IMG/VR virus record: IMGVR_UViG_3300044835_000040
Coordinates: 65,071 to 129,070 of that record
Origin: a virus
DNA length: 64,000 nucleotides
Direction: 5' to 3' (one strand)
Shown in pieces: positions 30,019-40,299 of this stretch. Within the stretch, counting starts at the first letter, position 1. Every line of letters begins with the position of its first letter. The notes under the pieces are model-generated. The model was given only the letters and a program-made list of their open reading frames with translations. It was not told the DNA's origin and searched no databases. The translations under genes and the position numbers were made by a program.

Positions 30019-30657
30019 ATGTTGGGACGACGCTCAGTCGTCGCGTTCGCCGTCGTGGCTGCACTGGTGGGCGTGGTAGGAGCGCCGGGCGCGGGGTCTG
30101 CGGACACCGCGATAGTCGCACCGCCGTTGTCGCCGACGCTGGCGCCGACGGTGCTGGAAGTGAAGGTCGTGAGGCCGCCGCACAGGAAGATCGTGCATCG
30201 GCGGTTCGTGCCGTGGTCGGAGCCGTCGTTTGCTCAGGCGCAGCAGATCATCACGATCGAGGCCGAACGCGAGGGTGTGTCGCGGGCCGGGTTGGAAAAC
30301 CGGCTGATGTGCGAGAGCAAACTCGTGTGGTCGGCCAAGAACGGCCAGTACGAAGGGATCGGGCAGTTCGCCTCGGAGACGTTCGGCCGGGGGATGGGCT
30401 CGATCGGGTCGCGGCGTGTGGAGGTGCGCGAGGAACGCGTGCGGCGTGTCGTGGCGAAGCGGGTGCACGTGATGAGCGACGGCAGCGAAGTCGTCGTCGC
30501 GCGCTGGCGCGTGAAGCAGGTCGTGGTGTACATCGAGCGGGGAATGATCCCGCGCGACCCGCCGCTGACGCACGCGTGGGCACAGGTACGGATCGCCGCG
30601 GAGGCCATCGCCGGAAGGTCGGCTGTGTCGTCCTCGGAGTGGTCGTGTAGCACCTGA
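30019..30657 (+). CDS. secreted lytic transglycosylase/Rpf-like protein
   Basis: Signal peptide; CES...NGQYEGIGQF...TF lysozyme-fold motif. Confidence 0.6.
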   Translation: MLGRRSVVAFAVVAALVGVVGAPGAGSADTAIVAPPLSPTLAPTVLEVKVVRPPHRKIVHRRFVPWSEPSFAQAQQIITIEAEREGVSRAGLENRLMCESKLVWSAKNGQYEGIGQFASETFGRGMGSIGSRRVEVREERVRRVVAKRVHVMSDGSEVVVARWRVKQVVVYIERGMIPRDPPLTHAWAQVRIAAEAIAGRSAVSSSEWSCST

Positions 30658-30661
30658 GAGG

Positions 30662-30708
30662 AGACGGGTTGGTCGGCGGCCAGGGATGGCGCCGACCGGT
30701 CGTTTCGC
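30662..30708 (+). terminator. stem-loop after the transglycosylase-like gene
   Basis: GGTCGGCG...CGCCGACC inverted repeat followed by GTTTC. Confidence 0.45.
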
Positions 30709-30802
30709 CAGCACTGGAGCCAGATTCGGAGCGACCGTCTGTCGCACGCGACTTGACGCGTTCGATAGAATGTTAGTGCAACCGATTCTTGTGGAGGTGC
30801 GA

Positions 30803-31048
30803 ATGGCGACTCTCGAAGTCGTGCAGGACGAGCGGGCAGCAAGGGCGAGGCTGCGTCATCTGCAGAAGGCGCGCAAGGCAGCGGAGCGGGCGCGCGAGCG
30901 CCGACGCCGCGAGGACGAGCGCGCGAGGTCGGCGTACCGGCGGTGGCTGGTCGCGGAGAAAGAGGCGTACACGCGGCAGGCCGCGGAGCCGGGGAACCGG
31001 AAGCTGCACGAAGCGTGGCTGGAGATGTGGCATCGGTGCCCGCGGTGA
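30803..31048 (+). CDS. small Arg-rich coiled-coil protein (best antisense target)
   Basis: ATG after the GCAACCGATTCTTGTGGAGGTGCG leader. Confidence 0.65.
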   Translation: MATLEVVQDERAARARLRHLQKARKAAERARERRRREDERARSAYRRWLVAEKEAYTRQAAEPGNRKLHEAWLEMWHRCPR

Positions 31049-31096
31049 GCTACCATCTGTCGCGGCGAAGGGGCAACCGATTCGAGGGAGGTGCGT

Positions 31097-31399
31097 ATGG
31101 CGGCTGAGCGGAAATCCGCGGATGTCAGCAAGATGCTGAGCGGCGTGGGCAAGCGGGAGCTGGTGAAGTTCCTGCAGGAGGATCCGCGGGTTCGCGATTG
31201 GCTGGGATCCGGGGTGCTGATGAGCACGTCAGAAGCCGCGGAACTGCTGGAGGTGGAGCGCGGCCGCGTGTGGCGGTGGGTCAACATGGATCGCATCCAG
31301 TCGGTCGCGATCACGGGCGCGACGCCGCTGTTCCTGCGCGCCGATGTGCTGGCGCTGAAGCGAGAGCTGGCTGCCGGGAAGTCGAAGGCCGCGGCGTGA
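31097..31399 (+). CDS. excisionase/MerR-type HTH DNA-binding protein
   Basis: LMSTSEAAELLEVERGRVWRWV...LFLRADVLAL. Confidence 0.75.
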   Translation: MAAERKSADVSKMLSGVGKRELVKFLQEDPRVRDWLGSGVLMSTSEAAELLEVERGRVWRWVNMDRIQSVAITGATPLFLRADVLALKRELAAGKSKAAA

Positions 31400-31839
31400 T
31401 CGCGAAGGTCAACTGGACCTTCAACGAGGTGGACGGCTGGTGGGAAGCTCGCATGGACGATCGCCGCAAGCTGCGGATCGGCTGGGACGAGAGCGACGCG
31501 TCGTTCTACCTGAGCGTCGGTGTGGAACCCCCGCCGAACGTCACCGCCGAGACCGGGTACAGGCACTTCCAGGTGTCGCTGCCGCTGCTCGTCGCGATGC
31601 TGCTGGTGCCGCGCTCAGAGCACGCACGGATGCTTGACACGGTGGCCGTCGCGCTGGTCGACGTGCGTGACCGTGAGGTGATCGGGAAGCTGCACGACGT
31701 GATGGCGTTCTCGATGGAGGACTGGCCGAAGCCGCTCGTCGCTGCAGAGTCGCTGAAGCTGGCTGCGGAGGCTGCGCCGCGCCTGGAGCGGCTGTCGCTC
31801 GACATGGCTGCGGCGGGGGCGTTCGGCGATGGCGCGTGA
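31396..31839 (+). CDS. hypothetical protein
   Basis: Coupled ORF. Confidence 0.55.
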   Translation: MIAKVNWTFNEVDGWWEARMDDRRKLRIGWDESDASFYLSVGVEPPPNVTAETGYRHFQVSLPLLVAMLLVPRSEHARMLDTVAVALVDVRDREVIGKLHDVMAFSMEDWPKPLVAAESLKLAAEAAPRLERLSLDMAAAGAFGDGA

Positions 31840-32007
31840 GCCTCGGACGCCTGTGCTGCGCCTGGACGCGCAGTCGGTGGCGACATGGGCTGGGACGGTC
31901 GCGACACGGAAGGATCTCCGCAGCGCGCTGGAGGAACTGCCGAACGACGACGCGCGGATGACGATCGTGCTCGACACGCTCCGTGACCGCTTCGACGAGA
32001 AGCCCTG

Positions 32008-32709
32008 ATGTACGGCGACGCCGCGTACCGGCAGCACTTCCACGCGCCGTCGGGCGGGGTCGATAGCAAGGGCTACCCGGAGGCGTGGGGATGGGTCAAG
32101 GACGAGGTGCGCGAGTTTGTCGGGCATCGCTGCATCCGCTGTGGGCATCCGTACCGCGTCGGGCAGGAGTCCTTCTGGTCGGAGCCTGCGGCCGAGGCGT
32201 CGGTGCGCGAGGCGGCCGGGCTGGCGCTGTTCGACTCGGAGCCGACGGACGAGCCGCGCGTGAAGCGCGAGCGCCCGGTCCACTGGTCGCCGTGCGATGA
32301 GCACTGCCGCCACGGTGGCCTGATTCGCCGCGACATGGGCGAGATGGGGCCTGACGACGAGGTGCTGTGGGATGTACACGACATCGGTGCGGCGACGCTC
32401 GATCTAGCGCCGGGGATGGGGCCGGTGCAGGCGGCGTGGCGGATCCTGACCGTGCATCACGCCAACGGCAACAAGCTCGATCTGCGCTGGTGGAACCTGT
32501 TAGCTTTGTGCCAACGGGATCACCTATCGGTACAGAGCCGGGTCGTGATGGACCGCCCGTTCATCCTTGAGCACTCCGGCTGGTTCAAGCCCTACGCAGC
32601 AGGTTTCTATGCCTCCAAGTATCTCGGTGAAGACATCACGCGCGAGCAGGCCGAAGGGCGGCTCGACGAACTGCTCGCCTTCGAGCGGCGCGACCGGGCC
32701 ACGGCGTAG
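32008..32709 (+). CDS. HNH-like nuclease with insertion
   Basis: YPEAW..VKDEVRE..GHRCIRCG ... LTVHHANGNKLD...NLLALCQRDHL. Confidence 0.75.
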   Translation: MYGDAAYRQHFHAPSGGVDSKGYPEAWGWVKDEVREFVGHRCIRCGHPYRVGQESFWSEPAAEASVREAAGLALFDSEPTDEPRVKRERPVHWSPCDEHCRHGGLIRRDMGEMGPDDEVLWDVHDIGAATLDLAPGMGPVQAAWRILTVHHANGNKLDLRWWNLLALCQRDHLSVQSRVVMDRPFILEHSGWFKPYAAGFYASKYLGEDITREQAEGRLDELLAFERRDRATA

Positions 32710-33166
32710 CTGCGACTGCGCCGATCTCACCGGTTGCAAGGTCTGTCGCCACCGAGAGAAGCAACGTCGTCGCTACCACGGGCTACCGCCGCTCGCTCCA
32801 CTGCCCAACGCGATGCGGATCCGGGAGTCGCGGCTGGTGCTGCCGGATGACCCAATCACACGCGCCTACATCGCGGGGTTGTTCGACGGCGAGGGCAGTA
32901 TCACTCGCCAGCGCTGGCCGGTCCTCCAGGTCGGGATGACTGACGAGGGCGTCATCCGCTGGCTGGCAGCGATGGGCGGCAGCCTGCGCGTCGAGCAACC
33001 GCCCGGCAACCGGCAGCTGCTCTACCGCTGGCGTGTGCTCGCGCGTCGCGAGGTCATCGAGATGCTGGAGATGATGCTGCCGTACTTGCGCGTGAAGCGG
33101 AAAGCGGCGATAGCTGTGCTGGAGGAGCTGCTGGCGCTGGAGCGTATTTCGGTTGCGGAGACGTAG
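32567..33166 (+). CDS. LAGLIDADG homing endonuclease (start uncertain)
   Basis: AYIAGLFDGEGSI motif and LPYLRVKR tail. Confidence 0.85.
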   Translation: MSTPAGSSPTQQVSMPPSISVKTSRASRPKGGSTNCSPSSGATGPRRSCDCADLTGCKVCRHREKQRRRYHGLPPLAPLPNAMRIRESRLVLPDDPITRAYIAGLFDGEGSITRQRWPVLQVGMTDEGVIRWLAAMGGSLRVEQPPGNRQLLYRWRVLARREVIEMLEMMLPYLRVKRKAAIAVLEELLALERISVAET

Positions 33167-33181
33167 GTCGCCCGCTATAGT
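33153..33181 (+). promoter_or_regulatory. sigma70-type promoter for candidate sRNA
   Basis: TTGCGG-17 bp-TATAGT. Confidence 0.7.
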
Positions 33182-33185
33182 GGTC

Positions 33186-33292
33186 GCATCGATCCCGATG
33201 GATCGGTGTAGCGGTCGGCCTAACGGCCACCGCCGCACCTCCAGAAGAATCGGTTGCAGGGAGCGCCGCCGCAAGGCGGCGTTTCCATTTCT
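33186..33292 (+). ncRNA. candidate trans-acting antisense sRNA
   Basis: Two 5' hairpins (33186-33209, 33211-33233); unpaired CGCACCTCCAGAAGAATCGGTTGCA, a 24/25 reverse complement of 30777-30801; GCAA-loop terminator hairpin 33259-33286. Confidence 0.75.
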
Positions 33293-33347
33293 ACGACCGG
33301 TCCGGTGGGTACGCTCGGCAGCGTCAACATTCGATCGGAGGTGCGAG

Positions 33348-33674
33348 ATGGCGCAGGGGAAAGAGCCGACGACGCGTGAGCCGTCGCCCTACCACGTGTA
33401 CGAGGTGGTCGACCGGCCGCGGCAGATGGTTGCGGAGGAGACGGGCGAGGAGAGCATCGAGGGCGGCCCCGAGACGCTGAAGCTGGTCGAAACGCTGCAG
33501 GCGACGAGTAGCGCTGATGCGGACCGGCAGTGGCGCTCGATACTGGAGGACGAGTTCCGTGTCGGAGGCCGCAGTGGCGAAGTCGAGTACCGCTGCATCG
33601 CGGCCCGCTTCGCTGAGCCGCTGTACTACGCGGGCGCACAGCAGAAGATGGTTGTGACTGGTGGCACCCGGTAA
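33348..33674 (+). CDS. hypothetical protein
   Basis: ATG after GGAGGTGCGAG. Confidence 0.6.
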   Translation: MAQGKEPTTREPSPYHVYEVVDRPRQMVAEETGEESIEGGPETLKLVETLQATSSADADRQWRSILEDEFRVGGRSGEVEYRCIAARFAEPLYYAGAQQKMVVTGGTR

Positions 33675-33928
33675 GGAGCGGCACGCGCAGCTCGCCGCGG
33701 ACCTGGGCCACTTCAAGGACCCGGCGACCGGCGAGCCGATGGTGTACGCGGCGAAGGCGTGGCGCCGATGTCTGGCTGACCTGTTCTACCTGTCGCGTGT
33801 GCGGCTGGTAGGGCAGGGGCAGGCCGGTGTGGAGACGTGCGAGACCTACGGTCACGAGGGCGGAATGCGCTGCATACGCTGCGGCGCGCTGGTTCAGTAG
33901 ATAGGGGTCCGGCCTTACCTTCCAGAGG

Positions 33929-35971
33929 GTGACGGCAAGGCCCTCGATCGGTTCCCTCGAAGACCTGCCTGACGTTCACGGGCCGTTCGGTGATGGGCAG
34001 GTGCCGGTCTGGTCGCAGTCGCAGGGAGCGTTCGTTCCGGGCGCTGGCGGCGGTGGCGGTGGCGGCACGGGCGCGACTGGGCCGCAGGGAGCGACTGGTC
34101 CCGCAGGCAGCCAGGGCGCAACGGGCGCTGCTGGCGCAACGGGCGCGGGCGGTGTGCAGGGAGCGACGGGTCCCGTCGGCGGTCTCGGCGCGACCGGCGT
34201 CAACGGCGCGACCGGAGCTGGCGGCGCGCAGGGAGCGACCGGTCCCGCGGGTGGACTGGGCGCGACGGGCGTGGCTGGCGCTACTGGTGCTGGAGGCCCG
34301 GCGGGAGCGACAGGTTCGGTCGGTGCGGCTGGCGCGACAGGTGTCAAAGGAGCCACGGGCACAGAAGGTCCGGCTGGCGCTACGGGCGCCGCTGGGACCG
34401 TCGGAGCGACCGGTGCTGGCACCGTGGGCGCGACGGGAGCGAAAGGCACGACGGGTTCAGAAGGGCCTGCTGGGGCGACCGGCGCAGCGGGCACCGTGGG
34501 CGCTACCGGCGCGGGCACCGTGGGGGCTACCGGCGCGAAAGGTGCAACGGGCACCGAAGGCGCTGTCGGTGCGACCGGCGCGGGTACGGTCGGCGCGACC
34601 GGGGCCAAAGGAGCCACGGGCAGCGAAGGGCCAGCTGGCGCGACTGGCGTCAAAGGCACGACCGGCTCGGAAGGCCCCGCGGGCGCGACTGGAGCTGCAG
34701 GCACCGTCGGGGCGACTGGCGTCAAAGGAGCTACGGGCACCGAAGGTGCCGCCGGGGCCACTGGAGCGAAAGGCACCACGGGCTCGGAAGGTCCTGCTGG
34801 TGCCACGGGAGCTGCCGGTACGGTCGGCGCGACTGGCGCGGGCGGCGCGGCGGGCGCCACGGGAGCGAAAGGAGCGACTGGGACCGAAGGTGCCGCTGGC
34901 GCGACCGGTGCGGCGGGCACGGTCGGTGCCACTGGCGCCAAAGGCACGACGGGGTCGGAAGGCCCTGCGGGTGCGACGGGCACGACCGGTGCGGCGGGCG
35001 CCACTGGCGTGAAAGGAGCGACCGGATCAGAAGGTCCGGCTGGCGCCACGGGGACGACCGGTGCTGCTGGCGCGACGGGCGCCAAAGGAGCGACGGGCAC
35101 CGAAGGTCCGCAGGGCGCGACGGGTCCGGCGGGGGCTGCTGGCGCGACTGGAGTGACGGGCGCGACGGGCAGCGGCGGCCCGCAGGGAGCTACCGGGCCG
35201 GAACCGAGCGGCGCGCTGCTGAAAACGAACAACCTCTCCGATGTCGCGAACACGGGCACCTCCCGCGCGAATCTGAAGGACTCGACTCTCGCTCCGGCAA
35301 TCGCAGTGTCGACGGCGAACATCGCGTCGCTCGAAGGCACGCCGGAAGTCGACGGCTACAAACTCGCTGAAGAAGACACGGTGCTGCTGACGGGGCAGAC
35401 CGAAGCGAAGAACAACGGGCCGTGGGTCGTGCCCGTGGGCGCGGGTGCGTGGACCAGACCGGCTGACTACGCGACGGGGATGGAAGTCCGGGCGCGCCTA
35501 ATCATGGTCGTGAAAGGCACGGTGTACGCCAACTCCGTGTGGATGCTCTCGACGCGGACGTTGATCACGGTCGGCACGACCGCATCGACCTGGGTCCGCT
35601 CGAATAAGACCCGCCACCGCACCGGTCACGCGTGGGTCACGCGCGGCACTGAACCGTGGGCGATCGAAACGATCCAGGGTCCGCCCGTCCGCCCGGCGAC
35701 CGCGGAGACGCAGTACATCGCTGGCGTCGACTGGACGAAAGTCACGTCGGGCACCTCCCCGAAAGTCAGCTTCAAGATCCAGGTCAACGGCGCGGACGTG
35801 GGGCTCGGCACGACCGCTTCGCCGCTGCTGATGGAAGCCGCTGACGGCAACTCGATGCTGACGACGCCAGTCGAACTGAAAGCCGGGGACGACATCACGC
35901 TCGTGATCCTCGCGATCTCCACCGCGCCGCTCGGCGGGCGCATCGGCCTGCACATCGACCACGTTGCATGA
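33929..35971 (+). CDS. long collagen-like (Gly-X-Thr) fibre protein
   Basis: About 125 GXX triplets; C-terminal [17 protein letters not shown] fibre-type domain. Confidence 0.88.
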   Translation: MTARPSIGSLEDLPDVHGPFGDGQVPVWSQSQGAFVPGAGGGGGGGTGATGPQGATGPAGSQGATGAAGATGAGGVQGATGPVGGLGATGVNGATGAGGAQGATGPAGGLGATGVAGATGAGGPAGATGSVGAAGATGVKGATGTEGPAGATGAAGTVGATGAGTVGATGAKGTTGSEGPAGATGAAGTVGATGAGTVGATGAKGATGTEGAVGATGAGTVGATGAKGATGSEGPAGATGVKGTTGSEGPAGATGAAGTVGATGVKGATGTEGAAGATGAKGTTGSEGPAGATGAAGTVGATGAGGAAGATGAKGATGTEGAAGATGAAGTVGATGAKGTTGSEGPAGATGTTGAAGATGVKGATGSEGPAGATGTTGAAGATGAKGATGTEGPQGATGPAGAAGATGVTGATGSGGPQGATGPEPSGALLKTNNLSDVANTGTSRANLKDSTLAPAIAVSTANIASLEGTPEVDGYKLAEEDTVLLTGQTEAKNNGPWVVPVGAGAWTRPADYATGMEVRARLIMVVKGTVYANSVWMLSTRTLITVGTTASTWVRSNKTRHRTGHAWVTRGTEPWAIETIQGPPVRPATAETQYIAGVDWTKVTSGTSPKVSFKIQVNGADVGLGTTASPLLMEAADGNSMLTTPVELKAGDDITLVILAISTAPLGGRIGLHIDHVA

Positions 35972-36674
35972 TGGGAGCACGATGATCGCCATTGCCGGAA
36001 GGTTGACGCCGCTGCTCGTGGACTTCGGCCGCAAGAAGGTGGGGCTCGAACACGTCGGCTACCGGCTGCTGAACACAGACGGCACGGTCCACACGGCGCG
36101 CACCGAGACGGGCGTCACCGCCGTCGCGTCCGGTATCTACCGCGTCGCGGTGTCGCTGCCCGCGGGCTGGTCGGGCGCGGTGGAGTGGGACACGGGCGAG
36201 ACGGTGCCGGTGTACGCGATCGAGGCGATCGAGGTCGCGAACCTCGACGATCTCGACGCGACGATCTCCAGCCGCGCGACGCTCGCGAGCCTCGCGAACA
36301 CTTCGATCCAGGTGGTAGGCCCGGTGAGCACGACAGGCACGATCTCGATCCTCGCGGGCGACGACTATCTCGCGTCGGACACGCGAGCGCTGGTGTGGGA
36401 AGACGTGACGGGCACGCGCTGGCCGTCGCTCTCGGGCGCGACGATCACGCTCGACGTGTTCGACGAGTCGATGGGCGAGAAGTTCTCGACGGTCGGCCAT
36501 GAAGTCTCGGCGGTGTCGCCAGCGCGCAAGGTGAGCGTCGACATCCCCGGCGTCGACACGCTGAACGTGCCCGGCAAGTGGCGCTACCGGCTGTGGGCGG
36601 TGCTCGTCGACGGATCGAAGGTCACGCTCTCGAATGGGCCGTTCACGATCCTGAGTCCCTTCCTCAGCGCTTGA
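35964..36674 (+). CDS. probable virion-associated beta-rich protein
   Basis: Coupled to the collagen gene; Ig/BppU-like character. Confidence 0.55.
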   Translation: MHDGSTMIAIAGRLTPLLVDFGRKKVGLEHVGYRLLNTDGTVHTARTETGVTAVASGIYRVAVSLPAGWSGAVEWDTGETVPVYAIEAIEVANLDDLDATISSRATLASLANTSIQVVGPVSTTGTISILAGDDYLASDTRALVWEDVTGTRWPSLSGATITLDVFDESMGEKFSTVGHEVSAVSPARKVSVDIPGVDTLNVPGKWRYRLWAVLVDGSKVTLSNGPFTILSPFLSA

Positions 36675-36730
36675 CAGAGCGACCATCGGTTGCTATGTTG
36701 GCGGCGCAACCGATCGAAATGGAAGGTGCG
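36671..36730 (+). promoter_or_regulatory. promoter with operator and conserved leader
   Basis: TTGACA-17-TATGTT; spacer holds GCGACCATCGGTTGC; followed by GCAACCGA...GGAAGGTGCG. Confidence 0.85.
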
Positions 36731-36749
36731 AGATGGAGATTGAGCAGCG

Positions 36750-36950
36750 ATGATCGTCGCCCGCTTCAACTGCGGCAACTGCGGTCACGGCCCGTACGAG
36801 GTGGAGGACAACCGTGACGCGCCGATCCCGGCGTACGCGATCCCGGTCACGGTCCACCACGCTGACGGGGAGGGGCACCCGCTGCATCTGTGCTTGCGGT
36901 GCGAGACGGACCTGCCGCAGTTCTTGAACAAGGCCGCGGTGGTGTCGTGA
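36750..36950 (+). CDS. small zinc-finger protein
   Basis: CGNC...CLRC. Confidence 0.55.
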   Translation: MIVARFNCGNCGHGPYEVEDNRDAPIPAYAIPVTVHHADGEGHPLHLCLRCETDLPQFLNKAAVVS

Positions 36951-37315
36951 GGGCTGGGCTGGCGACGCGGGGACAGATCGACCCGCGACGGATCGATCGG
37001 GCGCGCGAGCGTCTGCGCTCGCGCGCGCAGTTCGATCAGCTGCAGGCCAGCCTTGATCGCCTGCAGGGTCAGGCCGACCGGGTAGGCGCGATCGACGTGC
37101 TGGTCTTGCGGCGGGATGGATCCGTCGGACGGCTGATCACGCGTGGGTCGGGGCTGCTGGACGACTCGTGGTGGCCGACGCCGCTACGCCGCTGGCCGGT
37201 GCGTGCAACGCGCTTCGGGGAGTGGGTCCGGGTGCGGTCGGCCGACGGTAAGACCGACGAGGTTGGCATGATCATCGAACGCTACAAAGGAGGTGCGAGT
37301 GGGACTGAGGGCTGA
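36947..37315 (+). CDS. hypothetical protein
   Basis: Coupled ORF. Confidence 0.5.
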   Translation: MRAGLATRGQIDPRRIDRARERLRSRAQFDQLQASLDRLQGQADRVGAIDVLVLRRDGSVGRLITRGSGLLDDSWWPTPLRRWPVRATRFGEWVRVRSADGKTDEVGMIIERYKGGASGTEG

Positions 37316-37781
37316 TCAGCTGACGGTCCGGATGGACACGAAGGGCTTCGGTAGCTGGCTGCGCCGTACGCGCGAAAGCCGTGGCCTGGAACTGAAGGAG
37401 CTGGCCGCGGCGTGCGACATTCGTGTCGGCACGCTCGGCGAACTGGAGCTGGACAACCGGCGCAATCCGGGGATCCCCGGCATCGAGATCTTCGCCCGGA
37501 TCGCGCGTGGCCTGGACCTGGAGCTGAGCTACGTGCTGCACAAGGCCGGGTTCGATCTGGGCGCGGGCGGTGTGAACCTGGACCGGCTGCATCGCATCGA
37601 GATGCTGATGGAGATGCTGGACCAGGAAGCGCCGATGATCAGGCGGGCCATCGCGGAGGGCATGGACCAGCTCGACGGCGGCGGCACGGGCAGGGACGAA
37701 ACCATAAACCGGCTCGGCAGGGCGCTCGGTGCGCTCGACCTTGTGACCGAGCGTGTCAGGGAAGGGAGGCGGGTCGCGTGA
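37299..37781 (+). CDS. XRE-family HTH transcriptional regulator
   Basis: FGSWLRRTRESRGLELKELAAACDI....LGELE..NRRNP......RIARGL. Confidence 0.88.
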   Translation: MGLRADQLTVRMDTKGFGSWLRRTRESRGLELKELAAACDIRVGTLGELELDNRRNPGIPGIEIFARIARGLDLELSYVLHKAGFDLGAGGVNLDRLHRIEMLMEMLDQEAPMIRRAIAEGMDQLDGGGTGRDETINRLGRALGALDLVTERVREGRRVA

Positions 37782-38557
37782 GCGCACCTACCGCAGAGAC
37801 CACGAAGCTGCTGACGAAGCAGCAGAAGTACCCGTACCGCTGGGACATCGTGCGGATCGATGAGATGTACATCGACTCGCGCTACCAGCGTGACCTGAAA
37901 CCGATCACGGGTGAGTTCGACCCGCGGATCGTCGGGATGCTCACGCTGAGTGAGCGTCCGCGTCAGGGCAAGCAGTACAGCGTCATCGACGGGCAGCGCC
38001 GCCGGGATCTGATCAAACGCGAGGGCATCGACATAGCGCCCTGCGTGATCTTCTACGACCTGAGCGTCGAGGACGAGGCGACGCTGTTCTCGTTGTTCCA
38101 GCGGGAACGCAAGACGATTACGCCGTACGAGCGCTACCGGGCGGATCTCGTCGCGGGGCACCCGACGGTGAAGGCGATCGACAAGATCCTCCGGGAGGAG
38201 GGCTTCGAGATGGCGCCGTTCGAGACGACGCCGAAGTCGGTGCGTGCGGTGAGGGCCGTCGAAACGATCTACGGCGAAGAACCGGAGCTGCTGCGCAAGA
38301 CGCTTCAGCTGGTCGCGCGCACGTGGCCGGAGGTGCCGGGCTCGGCGAGCGAGAAAATGCTGAAAGGGCTCTCGATCTTCGTCGCGACGACGAAGGACCT
38401 GGACGAGGAGAAGTTCGTCCGGCGGCTGAAGGGCACGCTCCCGTCGCAGATCGACCGGAGGGCCACGTATCTGCGTGACTCGCGGGAGCTGACGGGCACC
38501 TCGCCGAAGTTCTACGCCGAGGTGATCGAGCAGATGTACCGGAAGGGCAAAGGGTAA
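37778..38557 (+). CDS. ParB/Srx-like (DUF6551-type) protein
   Basis: IDSRYQR and VIDGQRR motifs. Confidence 0.75.
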   Translation: MSAPTAETTKLLTKQQKYPYRWDIVRIDEMYIDSRYQRDLKPITGEFDPRIVGMLTLSERPRQGKQYSVIDGQRRRDLIKREGIDIAPCVIFYDLSVEDEATLFSLFQRERKTITPYERYRADLVAGHPTVKAIDKILREEGFEMAPFETTPKSVRAVRAVETIYGEEPELLRKTLQLVARTWPEVPGSASEKMLKGLSIFVATTKDLDEEKFVRRLKGTLPSQIDRRATYLRDSRELTGTSPKFYAEVIEQMYRKGKG

Positions 38558-38707
38558 GGCCGGTGGTGCACGAAACCGGCTTCGAGCACATGCTGACTCA
38601 CATGAGCGTCGGCGGCGGCATCGCGTTTGCGGTGCTCGTCGTCGGCGTCGCGTGGGTCATCGTGACGTTCCTGCGCGCGCTGTGATGAGCGGTCCGGCTG
38701 GGAGGGC

Positions 38708-39640
38708 ATGATGAGCGGCGTGCCGTTGATCGACGAGAAGCCGCCCGCGCAGATCATCCGCGAGCGGAGGGTGCACATCGCGCATCTGCAGGCCGAGCTG
38801 GAGCGGATCGTGCAGCGCAGGCGGATCCTCGACGAGCTGGAGGAGAAGTACGAAGCGGACCTGAAGGCGTCGCTCGCTGCCGAAGAACGGCGGGCTCAGC
38901 TCGGCCCGCAGCTGCCGGAGGAGGTGGCCGAGGCCGATGGGCACGTGAGTAACGGCTTCGAGAAGTTCACGCCGGAGGTGGTGCGCAGCGCAAGGCAGAC
39001 GGTCGCTCGTGCGCAGCTGCCGGAGGAGGTGTTCCGCAACCGGGTGGTGGACGTGGGCTGCTTCACGATCCCGGAGCTGGCCGCGATGCTGGAGGTGCCT
39101 GCGGGGATCGTGAAGGAGCGCGTGCTCGAATGGCTCGACTCGGGGAAGCTGAAGTCGATCGGGAAGTTCGCGCAGCACATGATGTACGAGTACGTGCCGC
39201 CGCAGGAGCCGGGCGCCGCGTTCAAGGCGCAGCAGGCCACGCGTCCCTCTGAGCGCCCGGAGCAGCTGGCGCACCACGGCGGCCTTGACACAGGCGGCAT
39301 CCCGAACGGGCAGGCCGCGATGCTCTCGCGGCTGGAGAAGGTTGTGCGCGTGCAGGCACGCAAGGCGGTAAGGGCGGGCTGGGAGATCACCGAGCTGGCG
39401 TCCGGGCACGGGTTCGCGCTCACGAACGGCGAGGCGCGGATCACGCTGTCGCACTCGCCGCGCAACGCGGGCGGTGAGGCGATGCGGATCATCGAGGCGA
39501 TGCGCAAATCGAGCAACGGCAAGCGCGGTGAGCCCGTGCCGAACACGGGCCGTCCGATCGGGCCGTCGGGGAAAGTGAACCTGGATCGCAAACGTGGGCT
39601 CGCGGGTAAGAAGGTGCTCTCCAAGAAGGGCAAACACTGA
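38708..39640 (+). CDS. coiled-coil + wHTH protein with HicA-like C-terminal segment
   Basis: FTIPELAAMLEV wHTH; GWEITELASGHGF...ITLSHSP. Confidence 0.5.
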   Translation: MMSGVPLIDEKPPAQIIRERRVHIAHLQAELERIVQRRRILDELEEKYEADLKASLAAEERRAQLGPQLPEEVAEADGHVSNGFEKFTPEVVRSARQTVARAQLPEEVFRNRVVDVGCFTIPELAAMLEVPAGIVKERVLEWLDSGKLKSIGKFAQHMMYEYVPPQEPGAAFKAQQATRPSERPEQLAHHGGLDTGGIPNGQAAMLSRLEKVVRVQARKAVRAGWEITELASGHGFALTNGEARITLSHSPRNAGGEAMRIIEAMRKSSNGKRGEPVPNTGRPIGPSGKVNLDRKRGLAGKKVLSKKGKH

Positions 39641-40017
39641 GACTCACGAGCGTGCTGTCGCTCGTGTGCCCGCTCGTGGGGCTGGGGCTGCTCGCGGCGA
39701 ACGCAGGCGTGCTCTGGGGGCTGTCGGCGCTGTTCTTCATGGTGTCGGCGTACGCGGTTGGTCGCAGCGACGGTAGGTGTCCGGCGTGCGAGGCAAGATC
39801 CGGCGGTGCGTCCGGGCGGGACTCGACAGTGGAGACGGATCGTGCTGAGCGGCCGCTACCGGCTGACGCTGAAGGTCGAGCGGGCTGTCGGTAGGCACGA
39901 GGCGCGGCCACGGATGGACGTGATCAAGGATTCGCTGACGGCGCAGGTGATGGATGACAGGATCGACTGGCCGACCTTCGAGCATCGTCTCGGGCGGGCA
40001 CTAGAGAGAGAGGGCTG

Positions 40018-40299
40018 ATGGCTCAGGAGACGAAGACAGAGAAGGCGCAGCGGCTGCTGGACGACAACAGGGTGTTCCCGATCGCGGTGGAAGACGGCAG
40101 CGGCGTGTACGTGGTGCGCGGGGACACGAAGGCGTACCTCGTGACGGTGCTGCTGTTGACCCCGCGCGAGACGGCGGTACGGCTCGGCGGTGAGCCTGCG
40201 AGCTGCACGTGCGAGGCCCGTGGGCTGTGCTCTCACATCCTCGCGGCGGACGCTGCGTTCACGGCGCACCACATGGGCGGGACGGCGCCGCGCGCGTGA
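40018..40299 (+). CDS. SWIM zinc-finger protein
   Basis: CTC...LCSHILAA. Confidence 0.75.
   Translation: MAQETKTEKAQRLLDDNRVFPIAVEDGSGVYVVRGDTKAYLVTVLLLTPRETAVRLGGEPASCTCEARGLCSHILAADAAFTAHHMGGTAPRA

Noticed and set aside
33060-33258. Inverted leader acting as RBS for a minus-strand gene (GTG at 33230)
   Set aside because: The ORF is short, low complexity and antisense to the LAGLIDADG gene; promoter, GNRA loop and G-U pairs all favour a + strand RNA
34070-35200. Tandem DNA repeat as a non-coding array
   Set aside because: Period is a multiple of 3 with synonymous variation; explained by collagen coding
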